64,000 nt of DNA, taken from contig OZ245817.1 in the NCBI GenBank assembly GCA_965228475.1, positions 2,528,001 to 2,592,000 of the forward strand. Reading direction: 5' to 3'. The translations under genes and the position numbers were made by a program. Positions within the stretch are counted from its first letter, which is position 1. The number at the start of each line of letters is the position of its first letter. Source of the stretch: Myxococcota bacterium. GTDB lineage: Bacteria; Myxococcota_A; UBA9160; JAFDDA01. The notes under the pieces are model-generated. The model was not told the origin of the DNA, did not search any database, and saw only the letters and a program-made list of their open reading frames with translations. Below are positions 1 through 8,852 of this stretch, one piece after another.

Positions 1-84
1 CGAGGCGGGGCGTGCGACGAAGCCGCCCATCGTGCCGCCTCCGGAAAGCGGGATCTCGACGCGTTCGGTCTGGACAGGGGCCAT
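1..84 (-). CDS. 5' part of a gene running off the window; probable dienelactone hydrolase family protein
   Basis: ATG at 84 with GGAGGA SD (88-93, minus strand). Reads MAPVQTERVEIPLSGGGTMGGFVARPAS, resembling DLH-family N-termini. Only 28 codons are visible. Confidence 0.5.
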   Translation of the reverse strand, partial: MAPVQTERVEIPLSGGGTMGGFVARPAS

Positions 85-199
85 GGGTCCTCCGTGAAAA
101 GGCGAAAGGGTCCGGGAGAGCGCGCGGCGCATCTCCCACGCCTGGGAACGTGCGCGGAACCGTGCGCCTCGTCAACTGCTCCGCAGCGCGGCCGCCGCG

Positions 200-1054
200 C
201 TAGCGGGCGCGGGCGAGGTGGTCGCGGAGTGCCCGCGTCCACTCGGACGGGTTCTCGAGCTGGGGTTGGTGCCCTGCGCTCGGGATCACTTCGTGGACCG
301 CGCCGGGAATGGCCCGCGCCAGCTCCTCCGCGGTCTCCACGAACGGCCCGTCCTCCTCGCCCACCATGACGAGCGTCGGGCAGGAAACGGCAGCGAGCCG
401 CTCGAGCCAATCGGGGTGCTCCGCGATGGCGCGTCCGAAGGGCTCGAGCGCGTAAGGGTCCATGCCGACCATGCGCTCGCGGCGCCACGCCCAGTAGCGC
501 TCGGAGCCCCACTCCTGCTCCCGGCGCCGGTCGGCGGCGCTGCGCGTCGGGTCGTCGTCGCCCCGGCTCCGCAGGATCTCCTGGAGCGCCTCGACCCCCT
601 GCTCGATCGCGATCTTCGCGCCCACGGCGAACATGTCCCCGTTCATCCAGTCCATGGCCCGGCCGGCCGTGTCCATCAGCACCAGGGAGGCGACGCGTTC
701 GGGATGGGCCAGCACCATGCGCTGCACGACGAAGCCGCCCATCGAGTGGCCGAGCAGGTCGAAGCGGTCGATGCCGAGGGCGTCGAGCCAGCCGACGAGG
801 TCCTCCGCCGCCGCGTCGAGCGTGTACGCGGCAGCGTTGCCCGCGTGGTAGCCGTCGCCGTGGCCCCGCAGCGCCGGCGCCAGGGTCCGGCCGAGATCCG
901 AGAGGTCTTCGAGGCACGGCGCGAAGTCCTTGCGCGAGCCCGTGAAGCCGTGGACCAGGACGAGCGGCCGCCCGCCCTCCCCTTCTTCATCCCAGACCAC
1001 GTGCACGTCGCCGACGTCGACCTGGTTCGTCTCGAAGTGATGTTCATGCTCCAT
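200..1054 (-). CDS. alpha/beta fold hydrolase (MenH/MhpC-like)
   Basis: LVLVHGFTGS oxyanion motif, GHSMGG nucleophile elbow, GEED acid, AGHQPQLE catalytic His. Confidence 0.9.
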   Translation of the reverse strand: MEHEHHFETNQVDVGDVHVVWDEEGEGGRPLVLVHGFTGSRKDFAPCLEDLSDLGRTLAPALRGHGDGYHAGNAAAYTLDAAAEDLVGWLDALGIDRFDLLGHSMGGFVVQRMVLAHPERVASLVLMDTAGRAMDWMNGDMFAVGAKIAIEQGVEALQEILRSRGDDDPTRSAADRRREQEWGSERYWAWRRERMVGMDPYALEPFGRAIAEHPDWLERLAAVSCPTLVMVGEEDGPFVETAEELARAIPGAVHEVIPSAGHQPQLENPSEWTRALRDHLARAR

Positions 1055-1067
1055 CGAACGAGGGCTC

Positions 1068-1643
1068 CTAGCCGTGCAGCCGCACGAAGGGCGTGCGCTT
1101 GGCGATCAGGTCCGCTTCCGCGGCGAGAATCTCCGAGAGCCGCTCGCGCACGGCCGCGGCCGGCGCCACGGTCTCGGCGAGGTCGACGTAGAGCCGGTGG
1201 TGCCGCGCCTCGCAGGCGAGCAGGCTCCGGTAGAAGGCCGCGAGCTCCGCATCGCCGCAGCGCTCCGCCAGGAGCTTGAAGCGTTCGCAGCTCCGCGCCT
1301 CGATCGTCGCGCAGCAAAGCAGGGTGTCGATGAGCTTCTCGGGCTCGTAGGTCCGCGCCTGGCCGAGCAGCGCCTTCGCGTAGGGGCTCGGCTTCTGCGC
1401 GCGGTAGGGGATGCCCCGCCGCTCGAGCAGAGCGAGGAGCTGCTCGAAGTGCTCGAGTTCCTCGCGTGCGACCTCGGAGAGCGGCACGAGCAGCGCCGTG
1501 CGGTCGGCGTAGCGGGAGATCAGCCCCATGGCCATGCCGGCCGCGCGTTTCTCGCAGTGGGCGTGGTCGAGCAGGAGTTCGGGCAGATCCGAGAGCGCGG
1601 TGTCGACCCACGCCGGGTCCGTCTGGGAAGCCAGCCTCAGCAT
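1068..1643 (-). CDS. miaE: tRNA-(ms2io6A)-hydroxylase MiaE (ferritin-like di-iron)
   Basis: MLRLASQTDPAWV...LLDHAHCEKRAA...AREELEHF...IEARSCERF...EARHH are the di-iron motifs typical of MiaE. True start at 1643, inside the longer ORF. Confidence 0.9.
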   Translation of the reverse strand: MLRLASQTDPAWVDTALSDLPELLLDHAHCEKRAAGMAMGLISRYADRTALLVPLSEVAREELEHFEQLLALLERRGIPYRAQKPSPYAKALLGQARTYEPEKLIDTLLCCATIEARSCERFKLLAERCGDAELAAFYRSLLACEARHHRLYVDLAETVAPAAAVRERLSEILAAEADLIAKRTPFVRLHG

Positions 1644-1727
1644 CGCGCGGAGTCTACCGAACGCCGCGCGACGCTCCGCAAGAGAGCGCGCCGGCCTCGT
1701 CGCAGCTCCGCGGGTTACACTGGCGCC

Positions 1728-2684
1728 ATGGAATATCGGAACCTCGGACGCAGCGGCCTGAAGGTCAGCTCCGTCTCGGTCGGCTCCTGGCTGACGTTCG
1801 GCTCGAGCGTGGAGGTCCGGGAGACGGCCCGCCTGATCGAGCAGGCCTACGACCTCGGCGTGAACTTCTTCGACACCGCGGACGTGTACGCACGCGGCAA
1901 GAGCGAGGAGGCCGTCGGGGCCGCCCTGCGCTCGATTCCCCGGCCCTACGTCGTGCTCGCCACCAAGTGCTTCTTCCCGATGTCCGAGAACCCGAACGAC
2001 CGCGGGCTCTCGCGCAAGCACATCGTCGAGAGCGTCGACGCCTCGCTCCGTCGGCTCGGCACCGACTACATCGACCTCCACCAGTGCCATCGCCCGGACC
2101 CCGAGACGCCGATCGACGAGACCGTGCGCGCCTACGAGGATCTGATCCGGGCCGGCAAGGTGCTCTACTGGGGCGTCTCGGAGTGGCGCTCCGCCCAGAT
2201 CGTCGACGCCTGCCGGTCGGCGGCGCTCCATGGCGCCTACGCCCCGATCTCGAATCAGCCCCAGTACAACCTGATCCGGCGCGGCATCGAGCGCGACGTC
2301 CTGCCGACCTGCGAGCGCGAGGGCCTCGGCCAGGTCGTCTTCAGCCCCCTCGCCCAGGGCGTGCTCTCGGGCAAGTACAGCGGCGGGAAGAAGCCGAGCG
2401 GGAGCCGAGCCGCGGACGAAGAACGCAACCAGTTCATGGACGACTTTCTCCGGGACGACGTCCTCTCGCGGGTCGACGCGCTCGGCCCGATCGCCGAGGC
2501 GTGCGGCCTCTCCCTGCCCCAGCTCGCCCTCGCCTGGTGCCTTCGCCAGCCCGGCGTCTCGAGCACCATCGTCGGCGTGACGAGCGAGAAGCAGCTGCGC
2601 GACAACGTCGCCGCGGCGGGCGTCACGATTTCGGAAGAATGCCTCGCACGGATCGAGGCGCTCTTCCCCGGGGCTGGCGTCTGA
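1728..2684 (+). CDS. aldo/keto reductase (Kv-beta/Tas-like)
   Basis: MEYRNLGRSGLKVS..GSWLTFG, FDTADVY, LATK, LGTDYIDLHQCH, FSPLAQGVL. Confidence 0.93.
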   Translation: MEYRNLGRSGLKVSSVSVGSWLTFGSSVEVRETARLIEQAYDLGVNFFDTADVYARGKSEEAVGAALRSIPRPYVVLATKCFFPMSENPNDRGLSRKHIVESVDASLRRLGTDYIDLHQCHRPDPETPIDETVRAYEDLIRAGKVLYWGVSEWRSAQIVDACRSAALHGAYAPISNQPQYNLIRRGIERDVLPTCEREGLGQVVFSPLAQGVLSGKYSGGKKPSGSRAADEERNQFMDDFLRDDVLSRVDALGPIAEACGLSLPQLALAWCLRQPGVSSTIVGVTSEKQLRDNVAAAGVTISEECLARIEALFPGAGV

Positions 2685-4165
2685 GCCGGACGCTCCGGGC
2701 CGACGCGGTCGTCGTGGGGACCGGCGCCGGCGGCGCACCGGCCGCGGCCGCGCTCGCCGAGGCCGGGCTCACCGTCGTGATGGTCGAATCTGGATCCCAC
2801 TGGACGTCGAAGGACTTCACCGGCGTCGAGGGCGACCTCTTCTTCCGCCTCGGACGCCTCGCCGCCACGCAAGACGGGAGCTTGAACCTCTACGCGGGCC
2901 ATTGCGTGGGCGGCTCGACCGTCGTGAACGACGCCCTGTGCTGGCGAACCCCGCCCGAGATCCTCGCCGAGTGGCGCGAACGCGACGGCCTCGCCGCCTT
3001 CGAGACCGAACGCTTCGCCCCCTTCCTCGACCGCGCCTGGGCCGACGTCCACGCGAGCCCGACCGCGCGGAGCCACATCAACCGGAACGCCCACGCCCTC
3101 GAGCGCGGCGCACGGGCCCTCGGCTGGGCGGCCGAGCCGATGCACCGCAACGTGCGCGGCTGCGCGAAGCTCGGCCTGTGCAACTTCGGCTGCCCCGCCA
3201 ACGCCAAGCAGTCGACGCTCCTCTCCCACGTCCCGCGCGCCCGCGCCGCGGGGGCCCGACTGCTCGCCGACACGCGGGTTCTCCGCGTCCTTTCCCAGGC
3301 CGGCCGAGCCCTCGGGGTCGCCGCCGAGCGGATCGACCCGAATACCGGCCAGGCTCTCGAGACGCTCGAGATCCACGCGCCGCTGGTCTGCCTCGCGGCC
3401 GGCGTCCTCGGCACGCCGCCGCTGCTCCTGCGAAGCGGCTTCGAGCGGGCCGGACGCGGCATCCAGTTCCACTCGAGCGTGCACGTGACCGCCCGCTTCG
3501 CCGAGCCGATCCACGGCTACTTCGGGCCGACCATGGCCTACGCCATCTCCGAATTTGCCGACGTGCTGGGCCGCGGCGGGCCGGGCTTCATGATCGAGAA
3601 CACCACCGTGCATCCCCTCGTGACGGCCCAGAACCTGCCGGCCTTCGGCGATGCCCACGAGGCGGCCATGGCCGCGCTCCCGCACCTCGCCAAGGCCGTC
3701 GTGGTGCTGCGCGATCGCGCCCGCGGGACCGTCTCCGTCGACGACGCGGGCGAAGGCCGCTTCGACCTCGCGCTGGTGAACGAAGACCTCTCGCGCATGG
3801 CCGAAGGGATGGTGGCGACCGCGCGCGCCTACCTTGCCGCCGGTGCGGAGGAGGTCTGGCTTCCCGTGGACGGCCTCGACCCCATCCGCAGCGAGGCGGA
3901 CCTCGCCCGCGTCGAGGGCCGGGTCTTCTCCCAGACCGAACTCTTCTCGCTCTACGCCGTCCATCTCTTCGGTGGCGCCTCGATGGCGCGAGGCGCCGCG
4001 GACGGGTTCTGCGACGAACGGGGCGAAGCCTTCGACCTGCCCGGCCTCTACGTGATGGACGCGGCGGGCCTGCCGGGCAACACCGGCGCGAACCCCCAGA
4101 TCACGGTCATGGCGAACGCCCTGCGGATCGCCGACGGCATCGTTCGGCGCGGAGCCGCCTCGTGA
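2681..4165 (+). CDS. GMC family FAD oxidoreductase
   Basis: DAVVVGTGAGG Rossmann motif, VGGSTVVN, GC-AKLGLCNFGC Cys cluster, HLFGG, GANPQITVMA. Start uncertain: CTG 2681 overlapping the upstream stop, or ATG 2639. Confidence 0.88.
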   Translation: MSRTLRADAVVVGTGAGGAPAAAALAEAGLTVVMVESGSHWTSKDFTGVEGDLFFRLGRLAATQDGSLNLYAGHCVGGSTVVNDALCWRTPPEILAEWRERDGLAAFETERFAPFLDRAWADVHASPTARSHINRNAHALERGARALGWAAEPMHRNVRGCAKLGLCNFGCPANAKQSTLLSHVPRARAAGARLLADTRVLRVLSQAGRALGVAAERIDPNTGQALETLEIHAPLVCLAAGVLGTPPLLLRSGFERAGRGIQFHSSVHVTARFAEPIHGYFGPTMAYAISEFADVLGRGGPGFMIENTTVHPLVTAQNLPAFGDAHEAAMAALPHLAKAVVVLRDRARGTVSVDDAGEGRFDLALVNEDLSRMAEGMVATARAYLAAGAEEVWLPVDGLDPIRSEADLARVEGRVFSQTELFSLYAVHLFGGASMARGAADGFCDERGEAFDLPGLYVMDAAGLPGNTGANPQITVMANALRIADGIVRRGAAS

Positions 4166-4764
4166 CGCCGCGCCGGGAACTCGAGCGCTCCCTCGCCCAG
4201 CTCGACCGCCGGGGCTTCCTCCGGCTCACGGGCGCCGTCGCCGCCGCGGGGCTTCTGCCCGCCGGGTGCTCGGCACCGGACCGGTTTGCCCCACCGCCGG
4301 ACCTCGACCTCCGGGTCCTCTCGCCGCGAACCTACGCCACGCTTTCGGCCGCGAGCGACCGCCTGCTCGGCGCCGAGGCCCGTGCGCGCGTCGAGGCCGC
4401 GGGCTTCGACCTCGCCGCCCGCGCCGACGCCCGCCTCGCCGAGACGCCGGCCCTGACCGGGCTCGTCCAGCAGGCCCTGCTCGCCCTCGAGTTCGGCGTC
4501 TGGCCCCTCGTCCCGAAACTCCGGCCGTTCTCGCGCCTCGACGCGCCGACGCGGGATGCCGTGCTCGGATCGCTGGCTCGCGGCCCCCTCGACCTCTCCC
4601 GAGCCCTCTTCCAGGGCGTCCGCAGCTTCACCTGGCTCGCGTATTACGGCGACACCGTCTCGCATGCGGCGATCCGCTACCCCGGCCCCTTCGGCGGGCC
4701 GGGCGCGCGGGTCGAGGACGCCATGACCTACGATCCGGACACCGCGACAGGAGAACCCTCTTGA
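4162..4764 (+). CDS. Tat-exported lipoprotein, gluconate 2-dehydrogenase subunit 3-like partner of the GMC enzyme
   Basis: GTGA overlap with the GMC stop; LDRRGFL twin-arginine motif, LPAGC lipobox, C-terminal FSRLD..R..L / AYYG...IRYPGP. Confidence 0.7.
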   Translation: MTPRRELERSLAQLDRRGFLRLTGAVAAAGLLPAGCSAPDRFAPPPDLDLRVLSPRTYATLSAASDRLLGAEARARVEAAGFDLAARADARLAETPALTGLVQQALLALEFGVWPLVPKLRPFSRLDAPTRDAVLGSLARGPLDLSRALFQGVRSFTWLAYYGDTVSHAAIRYPGPFGGPGARVEDAMTYDPDTATGEPS

Positions 4765-5420
4765 GCTTTCAGGTCGATTGCTACTGGTCCTTCCGAAGCC
4801 CCTACTCGTATCTCGCCACACCCCGGCTGCGGGCGCTGGCCGAGGAGCGCGGCGTCGACGTCCGCGTGCGCATCGTCCGCCCCCTGGCGATTCGCGACGG
4901 CAGCTTCTTCGCCAACGTGAACCCGCTCTGGCTGCCGTACCTCGCCCGCGACGTCCTGCGCCTGGCCGAGTTCCACGGCATGAAGATGGGCTTCCCGCGG
5001 CCGGACCCCGTCGTGCAGAAGCCCGAGAACGGCCGCATGGTGACGGACCCGAACCAGCCCTACATCCATCGTCTCTCCCGCCTGGGGCTGCTGGCTTCGG
5101 AGCGCGGCCACGGGCTCGCCTTCATCGACGAGGTCTCGCGGATCATCTGGGACGGAACGACCGAGAACTGGCACGAGGGCGACCATCTCGCGCGCGCGAG
5201 CGAGCGCGCCGGGCTCGACCTCGCCGAACTCGACGCCGCGGCCCGCGACGACGCGGCGCAGATCGACGCGAAGATCGAAGAGAACGAGCGCGCCCACGAA
5301 GCGGCCGGACACTGGGGCGTCCCCACGATGACCTACGAAGGCGAACCCTTCTTCGGCCAGGACCGCTTCGACGTGCTCGTGTGGCGGCTCGAACAGCGCG
5401 GCCTTCCGGCGGCCGGTTGA
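4761..5420 (+). CDS. 2-hydroxychromene-2-carboxylate isomerase / DsbA-family (GST kappa-like) protein
   Basis: TTGA overlap; YWSFRSPYSYL and GHWGVPTM..GEPFFGQDR. Confidence 0.88.
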   Translation: MSFQVDCYWSFRSPYSYLATPRLRALAEERGVDVRVRIVRPLAIRDGSFFANVNPLWLPYLARDVLRLAEFHGMKMGFPRPDPVVQKPENGRMVTDPNQPYIHRLSRLGLLASERGHGLAFIDEVSRIIWDGTTENWHEGDHLARASERAGLDLAELDAAARDDAAQIDAKIEENERAHEAAGHWGVPTMTYEGEPFFGQDRFDVLVWRLEQRGLPAAG

Positions 5421-5422
5421 CC

Positions 5423-6181
5423 ATGCGACTCCGACAGATCGCCCTCGCCGCCCACGTGCTCGAAGACGCGACCGACGCCTTCGAGGCCGTCCTCGGGATC
5501 GACGTCGCCTTCCAGGACCCCGGCGTCGCCGTGTTCGGCCTCGAGAACGCCGTCATGCCCCTCGGCCAGGAGTTCCTCGAGGTCGTCTGCCCGACCGCCG
5601 AGGCCGCGCCCGCGCGCCGCTACCTCGAACGCCGCGGTGGCGACTGCGGCTACATGGTCATGGTGCAGACGGAGGGCTGGGAGGCCGACCGCGCCCGCGC
5701 CGAGGCCCAGGGCATCCGCGTCGTCTGGGAGGCCGAGCTGCCCGACATCCGCGGCATGCACTTCCATCCGCGCGACACGGGCGGTGCGCTCCTCTCTCTC
5801 GACCAGCCCGACCCGCCGGAGTCCTGGCGGTGGGCCGGGAAGCGCTGGACCGAGCACGTGCGGACGGAGCGCGTGGTCGGCCTGCGCGGCGTCACGGTCG
5901 CCTGCCTCGAGCCCGGCGTCGTCGCCGCACGCTGGGGCGAGCTGCTCGACCTCACGCCCAGTGCGGGCGACGCCCTCCCGCGACTCGATCTCGAGGACAC
6001 CTTCATCGAGTTCTCGACGGCGGCCAGCGCCCCCGAAGAAGGCGTCGTCTGCGTCACGCTGCGCGTGCGGGACGCGGCCGCGATCCTCGCCGCCGCCCGG
6101 GAACGAGGGCTCCCAACGGACGACACGAGCTTCACCGCGACGGGAACCCGGTTCCGGCTCGAGGCCGAAGACGCCGCTTGA
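5423..6181 (+). CDS. VOC/glyoxalase-like protein
   Basis: MRLRQIALAA...DPGVAVFGLENAV...FLEVV...RRGGDCGYMV...HFHPRDTGG. Confidence 0.8.
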   Translation: MRLRQIALAAHVLEDATDAFEAVLGIDVAFQDPGVAVFGLENAVMPLGQEFLEVVCPTAEAAPARRYLERRGGDCGYMVMVQTEGWEADRARAEAQGIRVVWEAELPDIRGMHFHPRDTGGALLSLDQPDPPESWRWAGKRWTEHVRTERVVGLRGVTVACLEPGVVAARWGELLDLTPSAGDALPRLDLEDTFIEFSTAASAPEEGVVCVTLRVRDAAAILAAARERGLPTDDTSFTATGTRFRLEAEDAA

Positions 6182-6202
6182 AGACCGGCCGCGAACGCGG
6201 CC

Positions 6203-6604
6203 TCAGGGCTCGCGAATCTCGATCTCGATCTTCGCGACCTTGTTTCCGTAGGAGTCGCCCTGGTAGGCGGCGAAGGAGACCGGCAGGCTGTCGCCCTCCT
6301 CGAAGGGCTGCCCGTCGTAGAGGAACGAGTTCCGGTAGTCGAGCGTGGCGCGCGAGAGCGCCGTCCCGGCCGGGTCGTAGAGCGTGTAGACCATGTACCC
6401 GATCGGATCCTCGAGCCGGCGGGTCATGGTGGCCTCCCACTTCACGACCTTGCCGCCGATCACGACCTGCTCCCATTCCTCGAAGCGCACGATGTCCGCT
6501 CCCGCGCCCGTGACGACGACGTCCGGCATGTCCGCCGGCGCGCAGGCAGCGACGGACACCGCGAGGACCGTCGCGAGGGCCGCTCTCGACGACCGCAACG
6601 CCAT
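6203..6604 (-). CDS. hypothetical lipoprotein
   Basis: Signal peptide ending VAAC, small beta-rich mature domain; 2 nt downstream of the SPFH gene. Confidence 0.6.
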   Translation of the reverse strand: MALRSSRAALATVLAVSVAACAPADMPDVVVTGAGADIVRFEEWEQVVIGGKVVKWEATMTRRLEDPIGYMVYTLYDPAGTALSRATLDYRNSFLYDGQPFEEGDSLPVSFAAYQGDSYGNKVAKIEIEIREP

Positions 6605-6606
6605 GG

Positions 6607-7737
6607 CTAGCGCTCGGGCTCCGGCGGCGGCGGCGGGACCCGGTTGAAGAGCGCCGCGACCGAGGGCACCTCCTGCGCAGCCACCCAGGCCGGCATGCCG
6701 ACCGCCCAGACCAGCGTCGTCGGAAGCACGCGCCCGTTCACGACGGCTTCTGCGAGCTGGGCCGGAGACAGCGGCCCCGAGGCGGCGCCGTTTTCGACCA
6801 CGTGCCAGACGGTGACCGCGGGCGGCGGAGGCGGCGGGGCCGCCTGGGGTGCGGGACCGGCCGGCCCGGGCGTTCCGCCCTGCACGCCCGGCGTCATGTT
6901 CTGGGCGTAGGCCATGCCCATGCCCAGACCGACACCCGCGGCCGCGAGACCACCCGCCGGATTCTCGGCCGCCGAGGGGATGGCGGCGCCGAGCTGATAC
7001 TGCTGGAAGTTCGTGAGGTCCCCGACCACGTTCATGCCCGTCCGCGCATCGATGGCCTTCTCGACCTCCGGCGGGAGCGAGATGTTCACGATGTAGAGCT
7101 GCGGGATGTCGAGGCCGTACTCATCGTCGATCTTCGTGACGACGCGCTGGCGAAGCTCTTCCGAGAGCTCCTGGTAGTTCTCCGCCAGGTCGAGGGCGGC
7201 GATCTCCGCGCTCGCCACGAGCTCCGCGAAGGTGTGATTGATGATCGAGCGCAGGAGCTCGCTGATCTCGTCGGCCTCGAAGTTCGCGTCCGTCCCGACG
7301 AGCTCGCGCAGGAGCGCCCGAGGGTCCTGGGCCTTCAGCGTGTAGGTGCCGAAGGCGCGCAGGCGGATCGGCCCGAAGTCGATGTCGCGCATCATCACCG
7401 GGTTCGGCGTGCCCCACTTGAGGTCCGGGATCTGCCGGGTGCTGACGAAGTAGACCTCGGCCATGAAGGGGCTGTCGAAGCCGTACTTCCAGCCCTGGAG
7501 CGTCGAGAGGATCGGCAGGTTCTTCGTCTCGAGCCGGTACTGACCGGGCTCGAAGACGTCGGCGATCTGCCCCTGGCGGACGAAGATGGCCGCCTGGCCG
7601 GGCCGCACGATCAGCTGGGCGCCGTACTTGATCTGGTTGTGGTAGCGCGGGAAGCGCCACACCAGCGTGTGACGGCTGTCGTCCACCCATTCGATGATGT
7701 CGATCAGCTCGCCGCGAAGCTTGTCCATGAAACCCAT
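6607..7737 (-). CDS. SPFH-domain protein (YdjI / virion-core-like type) with C-terminal GYF_2-like domain
   Basis: MGFMDKLRGELIDIIEW..LVWRFPRYHNQIKYGAQLIVR, KWGTPNPVMMRD..FGPIRLRAFG, Pro-rich linker, WHVVENG..SGP..TLVWAVGMPAW. Confidence 0.88.
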   Translation of the reverse strand: MGFMDKLRGELIDIIEWVDDSRHTLVWRFPRYHNQIKYGAQLIVRPGQAAIFVRQGQIADVFEPGQYRLETKNLPILSTLQGWKYGFDSPFMAEVYFVSTRQIPDLKWGTPNPVMMRDIDFGPIRLRAFGTYTLKAQDPRALLRELVGTDANFEADEISELLRSIINHTFAELVASAEIAALDLAENYQELSEELRQRVVTKIDDEYGLDIPQLYIVNISLPPEVEKAIDARTGMNVVGDLTNFQQYQLGAAIPSAAENPAGGLAAAGVGLGMGMAYAQNMTPGVQGGTPGPAGPAPQAAPPPPPPAVTVWHVVENGAASGPLSPAQLAEAVVNGRVLPTTLVWAVGMPAWVAAQEVPSVAALFNRVPPPPPEPER

Positions 7738-7755
7738 CGGTTGCGTCTCCCTATC

Positions 7756-7779
7756 CCTGATTCGTCGCCTGATTCGTCG
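7756..7779. repeat. 2 x 12-bp tandem repeat CCTGATTCGTCG
   Basis: Exact copies at 7756-7767 and 7768-7779 in the intergenic spacer. Confidence 0.9.
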
Positions 7780-7802
7780 CGCCGGTGCGTCGAGCCCCCG
7801 CG

Positions 7803-8642
7803 CTAGTCGAGCAGTTCCCAGATCAATCCGAGCACGCTGCGGCCGAACAGGCCGCCTCCCCCTCGGCGTTCGTGGCTCCAGTCCATCTGGAAGTCCGGTC
7901 GCGGGCGCTGCGGCGGCGGCTCGAGGGCCGGCTCCGGCGGCACGCCGCCCTGTTCGAGGATGAAGCCCGCGATGGCCTCGAGTTCGTCCGCGTCGAGCCA
8001 CGTGCCGTGGTCGTGGCAGTGGTCGAGGATCACGCCGGAGCACTTCCGGTAGTTCTTCCGGTGCATGAAGGCTTCGCAGACGGGGCACTTCCGGTACCGG
8101 ACGCTCTGCCGGTACGGGTTCGCACCGGCTCTTCGCGGTGCGCGCCCGGGCAGCTCCCCTTCCTCGGCCTTGCGTACGGCATCGACGGCTCGGGCCACGA
8201 GCTGTTCGAAGCGGTCTCCCGCCACCCAGAGCCCGTTGCAGTTCGGACACTCGTTGGCCGGGATGTCGCCGACCTGGCGCGAGGGCATGAGCCCGCCGCA
8301 ATCCGGGCACGGAAGCTCGTGCTCGCCCGCGACGACCGGCTGGGGGTCGAAGCCGACCCCGCAGGCCGTACAGAAACGGGAATCTTCGGCATTGCGGGCG
8401 AAGCACTCGGGACAGAGCAGCGAGAGCGCGCCCTCGCGGACGACGGGCGCCGCGCAGTAGTCGCAGACCTCCGCGTCCTCGCCGAGTCCGGCGCCGCAGG
8501 AGCCGCAGCGCACGACCCGGGCATCGATCGGCGCATGGACCTCGTTCGCGACCTTCGCGCCGCACGGGCAGGAAAGCTCCGGATCCGTCACGTGCGTGAC
8601 GTCGAACTGGCGGTGGCACGTTCCGCAGGCGACCAGGCGCAA
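7803..8642 (-). CDS. multi-zinc-ribbon protein (double zinc ribbon plus two zf-TFIIB-like modules)
   Basis: Ten Cys/His pairs (CGTC, CPC, CGSC, CDYC, CPEC, CTAC, CPDC, CPNC, CPVC, CHDH); CPNCNGLW and CHDHGTWLDADEL are zf-TFIIB-type. TTG start at 8642 chosen for its GGGAGA SD. Confidence 0.8.
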   Translation of the reverse strand: MRLVACGTCHRQFDVTHVTDPELSCPCGAKVANEVHAPIDARVVRCGSCGAGLGEDAEVCDYCAAPVVREGALSLLCPECFARNAEDSRFCTACGVGFDPQPVVAGEHELPCPDCGGLMPSRQVGDIPANECPNCNGLWVAGDRFEQLVARAVDAVRKAEEGELPGRAPRRAGANPYRQSVRYRKCPVCEAFMHRKNYRKCSGVILDHCHDHGTWLDADELEAIAGFILEQGGVPPEPALEPPPQRPRPDFQMDWSHERRGGGGLFGRSVLGLIWELLD

Positions 8643-8710
8643 GTTGCGTCTCCCTGGAGGCGCACGGAGCACCCCCTCGGCCGGGCGCGTTCCGCCCGGC
8701 ACCGCCCCTT

Positions 8711-8738
8711 GCATCGGCCCCGCGCCCGACCCTCTTGA
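8711..8738 (-). promoter_or_regulatory. sigma28 (FliA)-like promoter for the zinc-ribbon/SPFH operon
   Basis: Minus strand TCAA-N16-GCCGATGC, versus consensus TAAA-N15-GCCGATAA. Confidence 0.45.
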
Positions 8739-8852
8739 CCACGCACCGGGCGGCAGGAAACCGGCAACTCCGTGGTAGGATCCGCGGTCTTTCGCGGGCC
8801 CTCGGCCCGCGCCCGAAGTGGCCCGCGATCGGAATGCTCAGGAAGGAGTGCC

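Noticed and set aside
8613..8627. CGTCH as a heme c motif
   Set aside because: The protein has no export signal and the motif is the first of ten zinc-ribbon Cys pairs
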